64,000 nt of DNA from an uncultured Eubacteriales bacterium (GTDB lineage Bacteria; Bacillota; Clostridia; Christensenellales; CAG-138), in the NCBI GenBank assembly GCA_902761365.1, contig CACWJZ010000011.1:6210-70209 (forward strand), given 5' to 3'. Below are positions 18,112 to 27,742 of this stretch, one piece after another. Made by a program: the position numbers and the translations under genes. Under the pieces are notes generated by a model that was given only the letters and a program-made list of their open reading frames with translations, did no database searches and was not told where the DNA came from. The first letter of the stretch is position 1. Each line of letters opens with the position of its first letter.

Positions 18112-18141
18112 ACGCCCCCTTTGCGAAAAGGGGGCGTTTTG
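18112..18141 (+). terminator. Intrinsic terminator
   Basis: ACGCCCCCTT-TGCGAA-AAGGGGGCGT followed by TTT. Confidence 0.7.
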
Positions 18142-18162
18142 GCGGTGATAAAAGGGGAGGGA

Positions 18163-18930
18163 TCAGCTCACCAGGTCGTAGATGGTCTTGATGAACAGCA
18201 GCACGATCATGACCGCCATGACGGGGCGGACGAACTTGGACCCGTTCTTGATGGCCAAACTGGAGCCCACGTAGTTGCCGGTCATGGTGCAGAGGATGCC
18301 GGGGATCGCCAGCTTCCAGAGGACCACGCCCCCTAAGATGAAGGTGGCGAGGGCGCCCACGTTGGAAGCCATGTTCATGACCTTGGAGTCGGCGGAGGCC
18401 TCCGTGAGCCCCAGGCCCAGGGCGGCGGACAGGGCCATGATGTAGAAGGTCCCGGCCCCGGGGCCGAAGAACCCGTCGTACACGCCCACACCGCCCCCGC
18501 AGAGGAAGGCGATCACGGCGGTCTTGGTGGGCGGAAACTGCTTCTCCCGGCCCTCATGGCCGAAGTTTCGGTTCAGGGCCAGGAAGAGGGCGGAGGCGGG
18601 CAGCAGCACCATGAGCACGTACCGCATGAACCCGTCGTCCAACAGCAGGGCGATCCGCGCCCCCAGCATGGCCCCCAGCACGGCCCCGGCGGCGGCAAAG
18701 AGGGACACGAACCAGCGGATGCGGCCGCTCTTCCCGTACCGGTAGACGCTGACGGCGGTGCCCATGGACATGCACATCTTGTTGGTGCCCAAAGCAAAGT
18801 GGGTGGGTAGCCCCGCCAGCAGGAAGGCGGGCAGGCTGATGGTGCCGCCGCCGCCTGCGATGGCGTCGCACATCCCCGCCAGGAACAGCAACGGGCACAC
18901 GATCAACAGTTGTTTGACAAATTCAGACAT
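18163..18930 (-). CDS. TauE/SafE (TSUP) family anion exporter
   Basis: 255-aa polytopic membrane protein with DAIAGGGGTISLPAFL and GFFGPGAGTF motifs. Confidence 0.8.
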   Translation of the reverse strand: MSEFVKQLLIVCPLLFLAGMCDAIAGGGGTISLPAFLLAGLPTHFALGTNKMCMSMGTAVSVYRYGKSGRIRWFVSLFAAAGAVLGAMLGARIALLLDDGFMRYVLMVLLPASALFLALNRNFGHEGREKQFPPTKTAVIAFLCGGGVGVYDGFFGPGAGTFYIMALSAALGLGLTEASADSKVMNMASNVGALATFILGGVVLWKLAIPGILCTMTGNYVGSSLAIKNGSKFVRPVMAVMIVLLFIKTIYDLVS

Positions 18931-19078
18931 GGTTTTTCCCCCATAGGGGAAGCATACACCAGCGGCCGCGCCCTGTCAACGATGGATCAAAAGTCTCTTA
19001 TTACGAGACTACTGAAGGATTTTAACCGCGCTCCACGAGATTTTTTTGGAAAATGCACCTAAAATTGCAAAATAAGGC

Positions 19079-19107
19079 TTGACGGGAGCGAAGAACGGTG
19101 GTAGAAT
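19079..19107 (+). promoter_or_regulatory. Promoter TTGACG-17 nt-TAGAAT (TG-extended)
   Basis: TTGACG at 19079-19084 and TAGAAT at 19102-19107, preceded by TGg. Confidence 0.6.
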
Positions 19108-19162
19108 GCCAACCATCAAAAATATATTGTATACCATTCCAGAGGAAAGGAGAACGGAGCCC

Positions 19163-19243
19163 GTGAAGATCATCCACGCCATCGTTATTGTACGAATCAG
19201 CGGCCTGCTGCTTAGCGGGGGGCTGCCGTTCGCATACGCATAA
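19163..19243 (+). CDS. Candidate branched-chain amino acid leader peptide (26 aa, MKIIHAIVIVRISGLLLSGGLPFAYA)
   Basis: GTG start 10 nt after AAAGGAG. 11 of 26 codons are Ile, Val or Leu. A terminator follows 20 nt after the stop. Confidence 0.45.
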   Translation: MKIIHAIVIVRISGLLLSGGLPFAYA

Positions 19244-19263
19244 AGGCGTGTTTCGAAAGCAAC

Positions 19264-19295
19264 GGCGGCCCTGGTGAAAAAGGGGCCGCCTTTTT
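19264..19295 (+). terminator. Intrinsic terminator (attenuator) in the liv leader
   Basis: GGCGGCCC-loop-GGGCCGCC plus TTTTT. The 5' arm can alternatively pair with GCUGCCGUU (19222-19230) inside the leader ORF. Confidence 0.7.
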
Positions 19296-19325
19296 ATATG
19301 TATAAAACCCAAGGAGGAAAAACAC

Positions 19326-20510
19326 ATGAAACGCACTATGAAGAAGGTCGTCGCCGTCGCATTGGCGGTAGTATTCGTTATGAGCTTTGCGGTCGCTGCC
19401 GTGGCAGCCTCCGATACCATCAAGGTCGGCGTGCTGGCGCCCCTGACCGGCGGCGTGGCCGAGTACGGCAACGCGGTCAACAACGGCGTCGTGATGTTCG
19501 TGGAGGAGCTGAACGCCAAGGGCGGCATCAACGGCAAGCAGGTGGAGCTGGTCATCTACGACGAGGAGGGCGATCCTGTCAAGGCCGTTACGGGCTATAA
19601 CTACCTGATGGATCAGGAAGTCGTGGCCATCATCGGCGACGTGACCACCGCGCCCACTGTGGCGGTGGTGGCCGAAAGCCAGGCTGACGGCACGCCTATG
19701 ATCACCGCTTCCGCCACGGCCAAGTCCGTCACCTGTCAGCTGAACGACGATGGGACCGTGGCCGCCGTCTATGACAACATGTTCCGTTCCTGCTTCATCG
19801 ACCCCTTCCAGGGCAGCAAGATGGCCGCCTTCGCCAAGGAGCAGCTGAGCGCCAAGACCGCCGCCGTCCTCTATAACGTGGGCTCCGACTACTCCGCAGG
19901 CTGCGCCGCCTCCTTCCAGGAGACCGCCCAGGAGCAGGGCCTCGAGGTGGTGGCCGTGGAGAGCTACGCCGACGGCGCCGTGGACTTCCAGTCCCAGCTC
20001 ACCAACATCGCCGCCAAGGCGCCCGACGTGCTGTTCGTGCCCGACTACTACTCCGTGGTGGCCCTGGTGGCCCAGCAGGCCTACGCCGCCGGCGTGAAGG
20101 CCACCATGCTGGGTGCTGACGGCTGGGATTCCGTGCTGGACGTGGTCACCGATCCCGCCCTGCTGGAGGGTGCCTACTACTGCTCCGGCTACTCCGTGGA
20201 GGACACTCGGGACGCGGTCCAGACTTTCGTAAAGAACTATCAGGAAAAGTACGGCGCCACCCCCAACATGTTCGCCGCCCAGGGCTATGATGCCGCCATG
20301 ATCATGTGCGCCGCCATCGAGAAGGCGGAGGCCTCCGGCGCTAAGGCCGGCAGCGACGACTATCGCGAGGCCATCATCGCCGCCATGAAGGCCACCGACA
20401 TGGACTGCGTCACCGGCCACGTGACCTACGACCAGTACAACAATCCCGAGAAGAGCGCCGCCATCATCACCATCACCGCCGGCGCCGCCAAGTTCTGGGG
20501 CAACTACTAA
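19326..20510 (+). CDS. livJ: Branched-chain amino acid ABC transporter substrate-binding protein
   Basis: Signal peptide, then IKVGVLAPLTGGVAEYG...GGINGKQVELVIYDEEGDP. It precedes the livHMGF-type genes. Confidence 0.85.
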   Translation: MKRTMKKVVAVALAVVFVMSFAVAAVAASDTIKVGVLAPLTGGVAEYGNAVNNGVVMFVEELNAKGGINGKQVELVIYDEEGDPVKAVTGYNYLMDQEVVAIIGDVTTAPTVAVVAESQADGTPMITASATAKSVTCQLNDDGTVAAVYDNMFRSCFIDPFQGSKMAAFAKEQLSAKTAAVLYNVGSDYSAGCAASFQETAQEQGLEVVAVESYADGAVDFQSQLTNIAAKAPDVLFVPDYYSVVALVAQQAYAAGVKATMLGADGWDSVLDVVTDPALLEGAYYCSGYSVEDTRDAVQTFVKNYQEKYGATPNMFAAQGYDAAMIMCAAIEKAEASGAKAGSDDYREAIIAAMKATDMDCVTGHVTYDQYNNPEKSAAIITITAGAAKFWGNY

Positions 20511-20807
20511 GGCATTCAGCCTGTAGAAACCTGCGGTTTCAACAGGCTGGGCTCCGCCTTCGCTTCCAGCCCCCGCCTACACACCTCCGGTTTACCGGGC
20601 GGCGGGGGCTGCAGGTGTGTGAGATTCACACGCGCTATGTCGTGCCGAATTCGCGCTAATGCGCGCATTCGCCTTGAATCTCACGGATTTACAGCCGCGC
20701 GTTCTTCAGTAGTCGCTTGAGTGCGCGCGGCTACACCGCGCTTGCGGGACTAACACTACTTTCAAAAGGAAGGCAGATCGCTTCGGGCGATCTGATGGGA
20801 CGAAGAA

Positions 20808-21686
20808 ATGCTCTTTCTATCCCAATGCATCAACGGTCTGCAGCTGGGCAGCATCTACGCCCTGGTGGCCCTGGGGTACAGCATGGTGTATGGCATCATC
20901 CGCCTGCTGAACTTCGCTCACGGGGACGTGATCATGATCGGCGCCTATATCGCTTTGCTCACCATCGGCGCGGGGGTCCACCCCGCACTGGCGGTGGCTG
21001 TGACCATTTTGGGCTGCGTGATGGTGAGTGTGCTCATCGAGAAGGTGGCCTACCGACCCCTCAGGTCCGCGCCGCGTATTTCGCTCCTCATTACGGCCAT
21101 CGGTGTGTCGTTGCTCCTTCAAAACCTGGTGCAGCTGTTCTTCACGGCCAACACCCGGGCCTACCCCAGCACCGCCATCATCCCCGCCAAGGCCTTCGAT
21201 CTGGGCGGGCTCTCCCTGAGCCTCTCCACCCTGGTGACGATCTTCGTCTCCGTGGGCGCCATGGTGGGGCTCCATCTGCTGATTCAGAAGACCCGCATGG
21301 GCAAGGCCATGCGGGCCGTTTCCGAGGATACCGGCGCGGCCCAGCTCATGGGCATCGACATCAACAAGGTCATCTCCATCACCTTCGCCATCGGCTCGGC
21401 CCTGGCGGGCGTGGGCTCCGTGCTCTACTGCTGCCGCTACTCCGTGGCGAACCCCACCATGGGCTCGCTCCTGGGCCTCAAGGCCTTCGTGGCGGCGGTG
21501 CTGGGGGGCATCGGCTCCATCCCCGGCGCGGTGGTGGGCGGCTTTGCCATCGGGTTTGCGGAGGTGCTGGTCACCGCCCTGGGCTTCTCCGCCTGGACGG
21601 ACGCCGTGGTGTTCGCCATCCTCATTTTGGTGTTGCTGATCAAGCCCTCGGGCCTCTTAGGCAAGGGCGTGGCAGAGAAGGTGTGA
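20808..21686 (+). CDS. livH: Branched-chain amino acid ABC permease LivH
   Basis: QCINGLQLGSIYALVALGYSMVYG...NFAHGD motif; 292-aa polytopic protein. Confidence 0.9.
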   Translation: MLFLSQCINGLQLGSIYALVALGYSMVYGIIRLLNFAHGDVIMIGAYIALLTIGAGVHPALAVAVTILGCVMVSVLIEKVAYRPLRSAPRISLLITAIGVSLLLQNLVQLFFTANTRAYPSTAIIPAKAFDLGGLSLSLSTLVTIFVSVGAMVGLHLLIQKTRMGKAMRAVSEDTGAAQLMGIDINKVISITFAIGSALAGVGSVLYCCRYSVANPTMGSLLGLKAFVAAVLGGIGSIPGAVVGGFAIGFAEVLVTALGFSAWTDAVVFAILILVLLIKPSGLLGKGVAEKV

Positions 21687-21687
21687 G

Positions 21688-22708
21688 GTGGCTATGGACA
21701 AGACCATGCGCGGTTACCGACAGATCCCTGTCTGGCTGAAGTATCTCATCAACGCCGTGTTGCTGTGCGCCCTGCTGGTGCTGGGCAACCACATCGTCAC
21801 CTCGGGCGCGGTGAACCGGGCCCAGAAGGCCGTCATCCTGCAGATCGGCATCTATATCCTACTGGCTGTGTCCCTGAACGTGGCCACCGGGTATCTGGGG
21901 CAGCTGCCCCTGGGCCACGCCGGGTTCATGGCCGTGGGCGCCTACGCGGCGGCCCTCCTCTGGAAGGCCCTGCCCAAGACCCCCTGGGCGGTGATCCTGG
22001 GCCTTCTCCTGGGCGGCGCGGTGGCGGCCATCTTCGGCGTCGTCATCGGCGTGCCGGCCCTGCGGCTCAAGGGCGACTACCTGGCCATCATCACCCTGGG
22101 CTTTGGGGAGATCATCCGGGTGCTCATCATCAACCTGCCGGGGCTCACCGGCGGCACACCGGGCCTCATGAGCATCCCCAAGCACTCCACTTTCCTGGTG
22201 GTGTACATCACGGTCATCCTCTCCTGCGCCCTCATCCACACCCTGATGAAATCCCGCCATGGCCGGGCCATCCTGGCCATCCGGGAGAATGAGATCGCCG
22301 CCGAATCCAGCGGCGTCAACACCACCTTCTACAAGGTCCTGGCCTTCACGGTCTCCGCCTTCTTCGCGGGGGTGGCCGGGGCCCTGTACGCCGGGTACAC
22401 GGGCATCCTGACGCCGGGCAACTTCACCTTCATGACCAGTATCAACATCCTGGTCATGGTGGTGCTGGGCGGCCTCGGGTCCATGGCCGGGTCCATCATC
22501 GCCGCCGCCATCCTGACGTACCTGCCTCTGGCCCTCCAGAGCTTCAGCAAGTACCGCATGGTGATCTACGCCCTGCTGCTGATCGTGGTCATGATCTTCA
22601 AGCCCTCGGGCCTGCTGGGGCGGTACGACTTCTCCCTGAGCCGGATCCTGGAGAAAGCCATCAACGGCCGGCTCTTCGTGAAGAAGCAGCGAAAGGCAGG
22701 TGAGGAAC

Positions 22709-22716
<8 letters not shown>
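21688..22716 (+). CDS. livM: Branched-chain amino acid ABC permease LivM
   Basis: GQLPLGHAGFMAVGAY... and ...AIRENEIAAESSGVN. The start is ambiguous (GTG 21688 or ATG 21694). Confidence 0.85.
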
Positions 22717-23568
<852 letters not shown>

Positions 23569-23572
<4 letters not shown>

Positions 23573-24270
23573 TGCTGGAAGTCACCAACCTGAACGTCTA
23601 TTACGACAACATCCGCGCCCTGAAGGACGTGTCCTTCTCCGTGGAGGAGGGGGAGATCATGACCCTTATCGGGGCCAACGGCGCGGGCAAGACCACCACG
23701 CTGCTGACCCTTTCCGGCCTCAAGAAGCCCCAGAGCGGCACCATCCAGTTTCTGGGCAAGGACATCACCAAAACCTCGCCCCAGAGCCGGGTGGCCATGG
23801 GCATCTCCCAGTCTCCCGAGGGGCGGCGGGTATTCCCGGGGCTGACGGTTTTGGAAAACCTGGAGATGGGGGCGTATCTCAGAAAGGACGACTTCTCCGG
23901 CGACATGGAGAAGGTGTTCTCCTACTTCCCCCGGCTGAAGGAGCGCAAGAAGCAGGTGGCCGGGACCCTTTCCGGTGGAGAACAGCAGATGCTGGCCATG
24001 GGTCGGGCCCTCATGAGCCGGCCCAAGCTGATGCTCCTGGACGAGCCGTCCATGGGCCTTTCGCCCCTGCTGGTGACGGAGATCTTCGCCATCATCCAGC
24101 GGCTCCACGAAGCCGGCACCACCATCCTCCTGGTGGAGCAGAACGCCGCCCTGGCCCTGAAGCTGGCCCACCGGGCCGCCGTCATGGAGACCGGCCGCAT
24201 CGTCCTCTCGGGCACCGGCGAGGAATTGAGCAAGAGCCCCGAGGTGCAGAAGGCGTATTTGGGGGGCTGA
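23569..24270 (+). CDS. livF: Branched-chain amino acid ABC ATP-binding protein LivF
   Basis: GANGAGKTT, LSGGEQQMLAMGRAL, LMLLDEPSMGLSP. It overlaps the livG stop. Confidence 0.9.
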
Positions 24271-24276
24271 GTTTTG

Positions 24277-24333
24277 CTTGTGTTCCTTTTTTCTCTTCGG
24301 TGAAGAGGAAAAAGGAACCGAAAAAAGAGAAGC
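24277..24333 (+). repeat. Homopyrimidine/homopurine hairpin repeat, copy 3
   Basis: cttgtgttccttttttctcttcGGTGaagaggaaaaaggaaccgaaaaaagagaagc, immediately after the livF stop. Confidence 0.7.
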
Positions 24334-24345
24334 ACTATTGACAAA

Positions 24346-24373
24346 AGGGGATTCCGTTGGAATCCTCTTTTTT
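24346..24373 (+). terminator. Intrinsic terminator of the liv operon
   Basis: AGGGGATTCC-GTT-GGAATCCTCT followed by TTTTTT. Confidence 0.75.
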
Positions 24374-24438
24374 GCTATGGACGGGGGTATCGTTCATCTG
24401 CTACAATAGCTTTACTGATTTACAGAAAGGAACCGAAC

Positions 24439-25479
24439 ATGATCGATCAAAAGTATGTGGAGTTTGCGGTGGAGAAGACCATGGAGCTGCTCAGTATCGA
24501 CAGCCCCTCGGGGTACACGGATGCGGCGGCAGAGGCCTGTCTCGCTGCGTTTAGGGCCCTGGGCTGCGAGGCCTGGCGGACCGGCAAGGGCGGCGTGGTG
24601 GCGGATCTGGGCGGCGCGGACGAGGACGACGGGCTGTGGCTGGAAGCGCACCTCGATACCCTGGGCGGCATGGTCAGTGAGATCAAGGGCAACGGGCGGC
24701 TGCGCATCTCGCCCCTGGGCGGCCTGAATCCCAACAACGCTGAGGCGGAAAACTGCCGCATCGTCACCAAGTTCAACGGCGTCTACGAGGGCACGCTGCA
24801 GCTCGATAACGCGTCCATCCACGTGAACAGGGACTACAGCGACACCGTCCGCAAGTTCTCCTGCATGGAGGTGGTCCTGGACGAGGACGTGAAGACCGCC
24901 GACGACACGAAGAAGCTGGGCATCTCGGCGGGCGACATCGTCTGCTTCGACCCTCGGTCCCGCATCACCGAGAAGGGCTACATCAAGAGCCGTTACCTGG
25001 ACGACAAGCTCAGCGTGGGCATTTTGTTGGGCCTTGCCAAGTACCTCCACGATGAGGGGATCACCCCCAAGCGGAAGGTCTACGCCCACGTGACCGTCTA
25101 CGAGGAGGTGGGCCATGGCGGCTCCGCCTCCGTGCCCGCGGGCGTCACCGAGGCCATCTCCGTGGACATGGGCTGCGTGGGCGACGGCCTCTCCTGTACG
25201 GAGAAGCAGGTGTCCATCTGCGCCAAGGACAGCGGCGGCCCCTATTCCTACGACGTGGTGAAGAAGCTCATCGCCGCGGCCCAACGGGAAGGCGCGGACT
25301 ACGCTGTGGACGTGTACCCCCGCTACGGGTCCGACGTGGAGGCCACCCTCCGGGCGGGTTACGACATCCGCCACGGCCTCATCGGCGCCGGGGTCTACGC
25401 CTCCCACGGCTACGAGCGCAGCCACAAGGACGGCGTGAAGAACACATTGCTGGTGCTGAAGGGGTATCTGGAGGTGTAA
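24439..25479 (+). CDS. M42 family metallopeptidase (glutamyl aminopeptidase/FrvX-like)
   Basis: LLSIDSPSGYT..., HLDTLGGMV, YLDDKLSVG, VYEEVGHGG. Confidence 0.85.
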   Translation: MIDQKYVEFAVEKTMELLSIDSPSGYTDAAAEACLAAFRALGCEAWRTGKGGVVADLGGADEDDGLWLEAHLDTLGGMVSEIKGNGRLRISPLGGLNPNNAEAENCRIVTKFNGVYEGTLQLDNASIHVNRDYSDTVRKFSCMEVVLDEDVKTADDTKKLGISAGDIVCFDPRSRITEKGYIKSRYLDDKLSVGILLGLAKYLHDEGITPKRKVYAHVTVYEEVGHGGSASVPAGVTEAISVDMGCVGDGLSCTEKQVSICAKDSGGPYSYDVVKKLIAAAQREGADYAVDVYPRYGSDVEATLRAGYDIRHGLIGAGVYASHGYERSHKDGVKNTLLVLKGYLEV

Positions 25480-25530
25480 AACGCACCGTTTTTGCCAGGG
25501 ATAAGCTGATCCTTATCCGCAACCGTTTCA

Positions 25531-25562
25531 AGAGAGCTCCCCGCACAAGGGAGCTCTTTTGG
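25531..25562 (+). terminator. Intrinsic terminator
   Basis: AGAGCTCCC-CGCACAA-GGGAGCTCT followed by TTT. Confidence 0.7.
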
Positions 25563-25599
25563 CAGAACACGCTAAGCATATATACGCAACCCGTTGGGC

Positions 25600-26553
25600 T
25601 CAATGGCCGACTGTCGGGTCCCAATAGGGCGTGGGCGTCTTCCGTTGGTAGGGCGTGGGCGTCACCCGGGGCCTAGGAGTCCTTCGCCGGCGGTATGGCG
25701 TGGGGGTCGGTGTCGGTGTGGGGGTCGGTGTCGGTGTGGGTGTAGGCGTCGGCGTGGGTGTAGGCGTCGGCGTGGGTGTAGGCGTCGGCGTGGGTGTAGG
25801 CGTCGGCGTGGGTGTAGGCGTAGGTGTGGGAGTTGGTGTAGGCGTCGGCGTTGGTGTGGGTGTAGGCGTCGGCGTGGGTGTAGGCGTAGGTGTGGGAGTT
25901 GGTGTAGGTGTCGGCGTTGGTGTGGGTGTAGGCGTCGGCGTGGGTGTAGGCGTAGGTGTGGGAGTTGGTGTAGGTGTCGGTGTATGCGTCGGCGTGGGTG
26001 TAGGCGTCGGGCTGGACGTTGGCGCGGCCGTGGTTGTGTCGGCAGGAAGGATCAGCAGCAGGGCTTCCGGGCGGAGCTCAAAAAGCTCATTCGTGTGTTC
26101 CCAGAACAGCAGTGCCCAGATCCGGTGAGCCCCCAGCTCCTCCAGTGTCAGCGTCGCAGTGGCCTGTTGGATATTCCCTTTTTGGACGGTCGGTCCCAGG
26201 GCATCCCATTCCAAGCTTGTGTATGCGTCCAGCTGTACGCTCTTTCGATAGTCGCCGACAAGCTCCTCCGGCACAGGCTGCAGCGTATATTGCAGAGGGT
26301 AGCCTACATCATGGGATCGGATCTGCACTCGGGCGGAGGTGGCCGTCAGGGACAGGATCCGAAGCCGCAACCCGGCCTTGGGCAGGAGCAGACCGGAGAA
26401 CAGGAGCCCCGCCATGAGCGTGGTGAGCAGGGTGAGCTTCGCCACAGCACCGGTGGCGCCCTCTCGCGCCTGGTGTCGGATCATACCCTCATGTTCGCTG
26501 TTGAACTCCGGGTATATGTCGTGATATTCCTCTTTTCCCGAATACTCCTTCAT
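25600..26553 (-). CDS. Single-pass membrane protein with a Thr-Pro repeat of about 105 aa
   Basis: 317 aa: one TM segment (LTLLTTLMAGLLFSGLLL), a domain of about 110 aa, a (TP)n run, then a short basic tail YRRRRTPRPR.... Confidence 0.6.
   Translation of the reverse strand: MKEYSGKEEYHDIYPEFNSEHEGMIRHQAREGATGAVAKLTLLTTLMAGLLFSGLLLPKAGLRLRILSLTATSARVQIRSHDVGYPLQYTLQPVPEELVGDYRKSVQLDAYTSLEWDALGPTVQKGNIQQATATLTLEELGAHRIWALLFWEHTNELFELRPEALLLILPADTTTAAPTSSPTPTPTPTHTPTPTPTPTPTPTPTPTPTPTPTPTPTPTPTPTPTPTPTPTPTPTPTPTPTPTPTPTPTPTPTPTPTPTPTPTPTPTPTPTPTPTPTPTPTPTPTPYRRRRTPRPRVTPTPYQRKTPTPYWDPTVGH
25696..26010. repeat. Nested tandem DNA repeats encoding (Thr-Pro)n
   Basis: 6-nt periodicity throughout, four copies of the 18-bp unit gggtgtaggcgtcggcgt, then about three copies of a 66-bp higher-order unit. 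Confidence 0.85.
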
Positions 26554-26616
26554 ATACTTCCTGTCAGCCGACCCATGGATGGAATCAATCCGCCTTCATG
26601 GCTGGCGCAGCGCCCC

Positions 26617-27552
26617 TTATTCGCCCTTCCAAACAGTGATCTGAGGATAGGGGATGCCGATGCTATGCTTGGCAAAAAGAAGCCTGAGCTCCCGGTTGAG
26701 CCGCCGCCGGGCGACGAACACGTTCTGTTCCCGACAGGCCACGGTGAAGCGCAGGACCACGGCGGAATCCGCCAGATCCTCCACGCCCATGTAGTCCGGC
26801 ACATCCGCGAACACGTCCTGGTTTCGCTCGTATATCTCGGGCAGCGCTTCCGTTAGGATGGCCTCCACACGGGGGATGTCCTCCTCATAGGAGATGCCGA
26901 TCTCGGACACGGCCAACGACAGAGCTTTAGACCGGTTCTGGAAGTTGCGGATGTCGGAGTTGTTCACCACCTTGTAGTTGCCGCCCAGATCCACCACCGT
27001 GGTGGTCCGAACGCCGATGCGTTTGACCGTACCGCGAAAGTCGTCCAGGATGATGATGTCCCCCACGTTGTATTGGCCCTCCAGCACGATGAACAGACCC
27101 GAGATCACGTCCTCGATGAGCCGCTGAGCGGCAAAGCCGACGATCAGGGTGACGATGCCCAGGCTGGCAAAGGCGGCAGTGGGGTCGAGCCCCAGGATGG
27201 TCAACGCCCAGACGATGCCTAAAATCACGGCCAGATAGGTGATGATGCTGCCCACGAGCTCGTTCACGGTCCGGGTCCGGGCACTCCGACTGAAGAGCTT
27301 CAGCAATAGGCGCAGAATCCGGCAGACCAAATAGATGAGGCAGAGGACGCCTACGGCCGCCAGGAGCTTGGCGGCGGTCAGCTCGTAGTCGACAGTGCTT
27401 CGGGTGTAGAGAGCGGAGAACTCCGCGCGCAGGTCCGCACTGATGGGACCGAGATAGTCGGTCTGACCGGCAAAGATAACAAACCCCAGGAGCAGCAGGG
27501 CCACGAAAAAGCCCACGATCCCGGAGCTACGGCTGCTTTTTTTCTTGCTCAT
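26617..27552 (-). CDS. Mechanosensitive ion channel (MscS) family protein
   Basis: LIEDVISGLFIVLEGQYNVGDIIILDDFRGTVKRIGVRTT. Confidence 0.85.
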   Translation of the reverse strand: MSKKKSSRSSGIVGFFVALLLLGFVIFAGQTDYLGPISADLRAEFSALYTRSTVDYELTAAKLLAAVGVLCLIYLVCRILRLLLKLFSRSARTRTVNELVGSIITYLAVILGIVWALTILGLDPTAAFASLGIVTLIVGFAAQRLIEDVISGLFIVLEGQYNVGDIIILDDFRGTVKRIGVRTTTVVDLGGNYKVVNNSDIRNFQNRSKALSLAVSEIGISYEEDIPRVEAILTEALPEIYERNQDVFADVPDYMGVEDLADSAVVLRFTVACREQNVFVARRRLNRELRLLFAKHSIGIPYPQITVWKGE

Positions 27553-27692
27553 GTATAGATCTCCTTTCGGTAGGGCCTGGAAGCGGTGTGCCTGGATCAG
27601 GGTTGAATTTTATACTTCTGCAGGGTGGCCTTCATAGGATTAAGTATACCGACTTGCTCCCTGCGGCGCAAGCCATTTTCTGTCCGTTTTCC

Positions 27693-27728
27693 AAAAAAGA
27701 GGAGCGGCGGGAGATGTCCCGCCGCCCC
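27693..27728 (-). terminator. Intrinsic terminator after metQ
   Basis: Minus strand reads GGGCGGCGGGA-CAUC-UCCCGCCGCUC followed by CUCUUUUUU. Confidence 0.75.
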
Positions 27729-27742
27729 GTGTACTTTGTTCC

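Noticed and set aside
19040-19055. Possible CodY box (ATTTTTTTGGAAAATG) upstream of the liv promoter.
   Set aside because: It matches only about 10 of 15 positions of AATTTTCWGAAAATT, which is too weak to call without a genome-wide motif model.
20717-21739. A 340-aa ORF starting in the livJ-livH spacer.
   Set aside because: It is out of frame over the whole of livH, its translation is Arg/Gly/Pro/His-rich, and it has no RBS.
25696-26010. Possible CRISPR array, suggested by the regular repeats.
   Set aside because: The units are contiguous with no unique spacers, have a 6-nt period, and lie inside an ORF that encodes (Thr-Pro)n. No cas genes are present.
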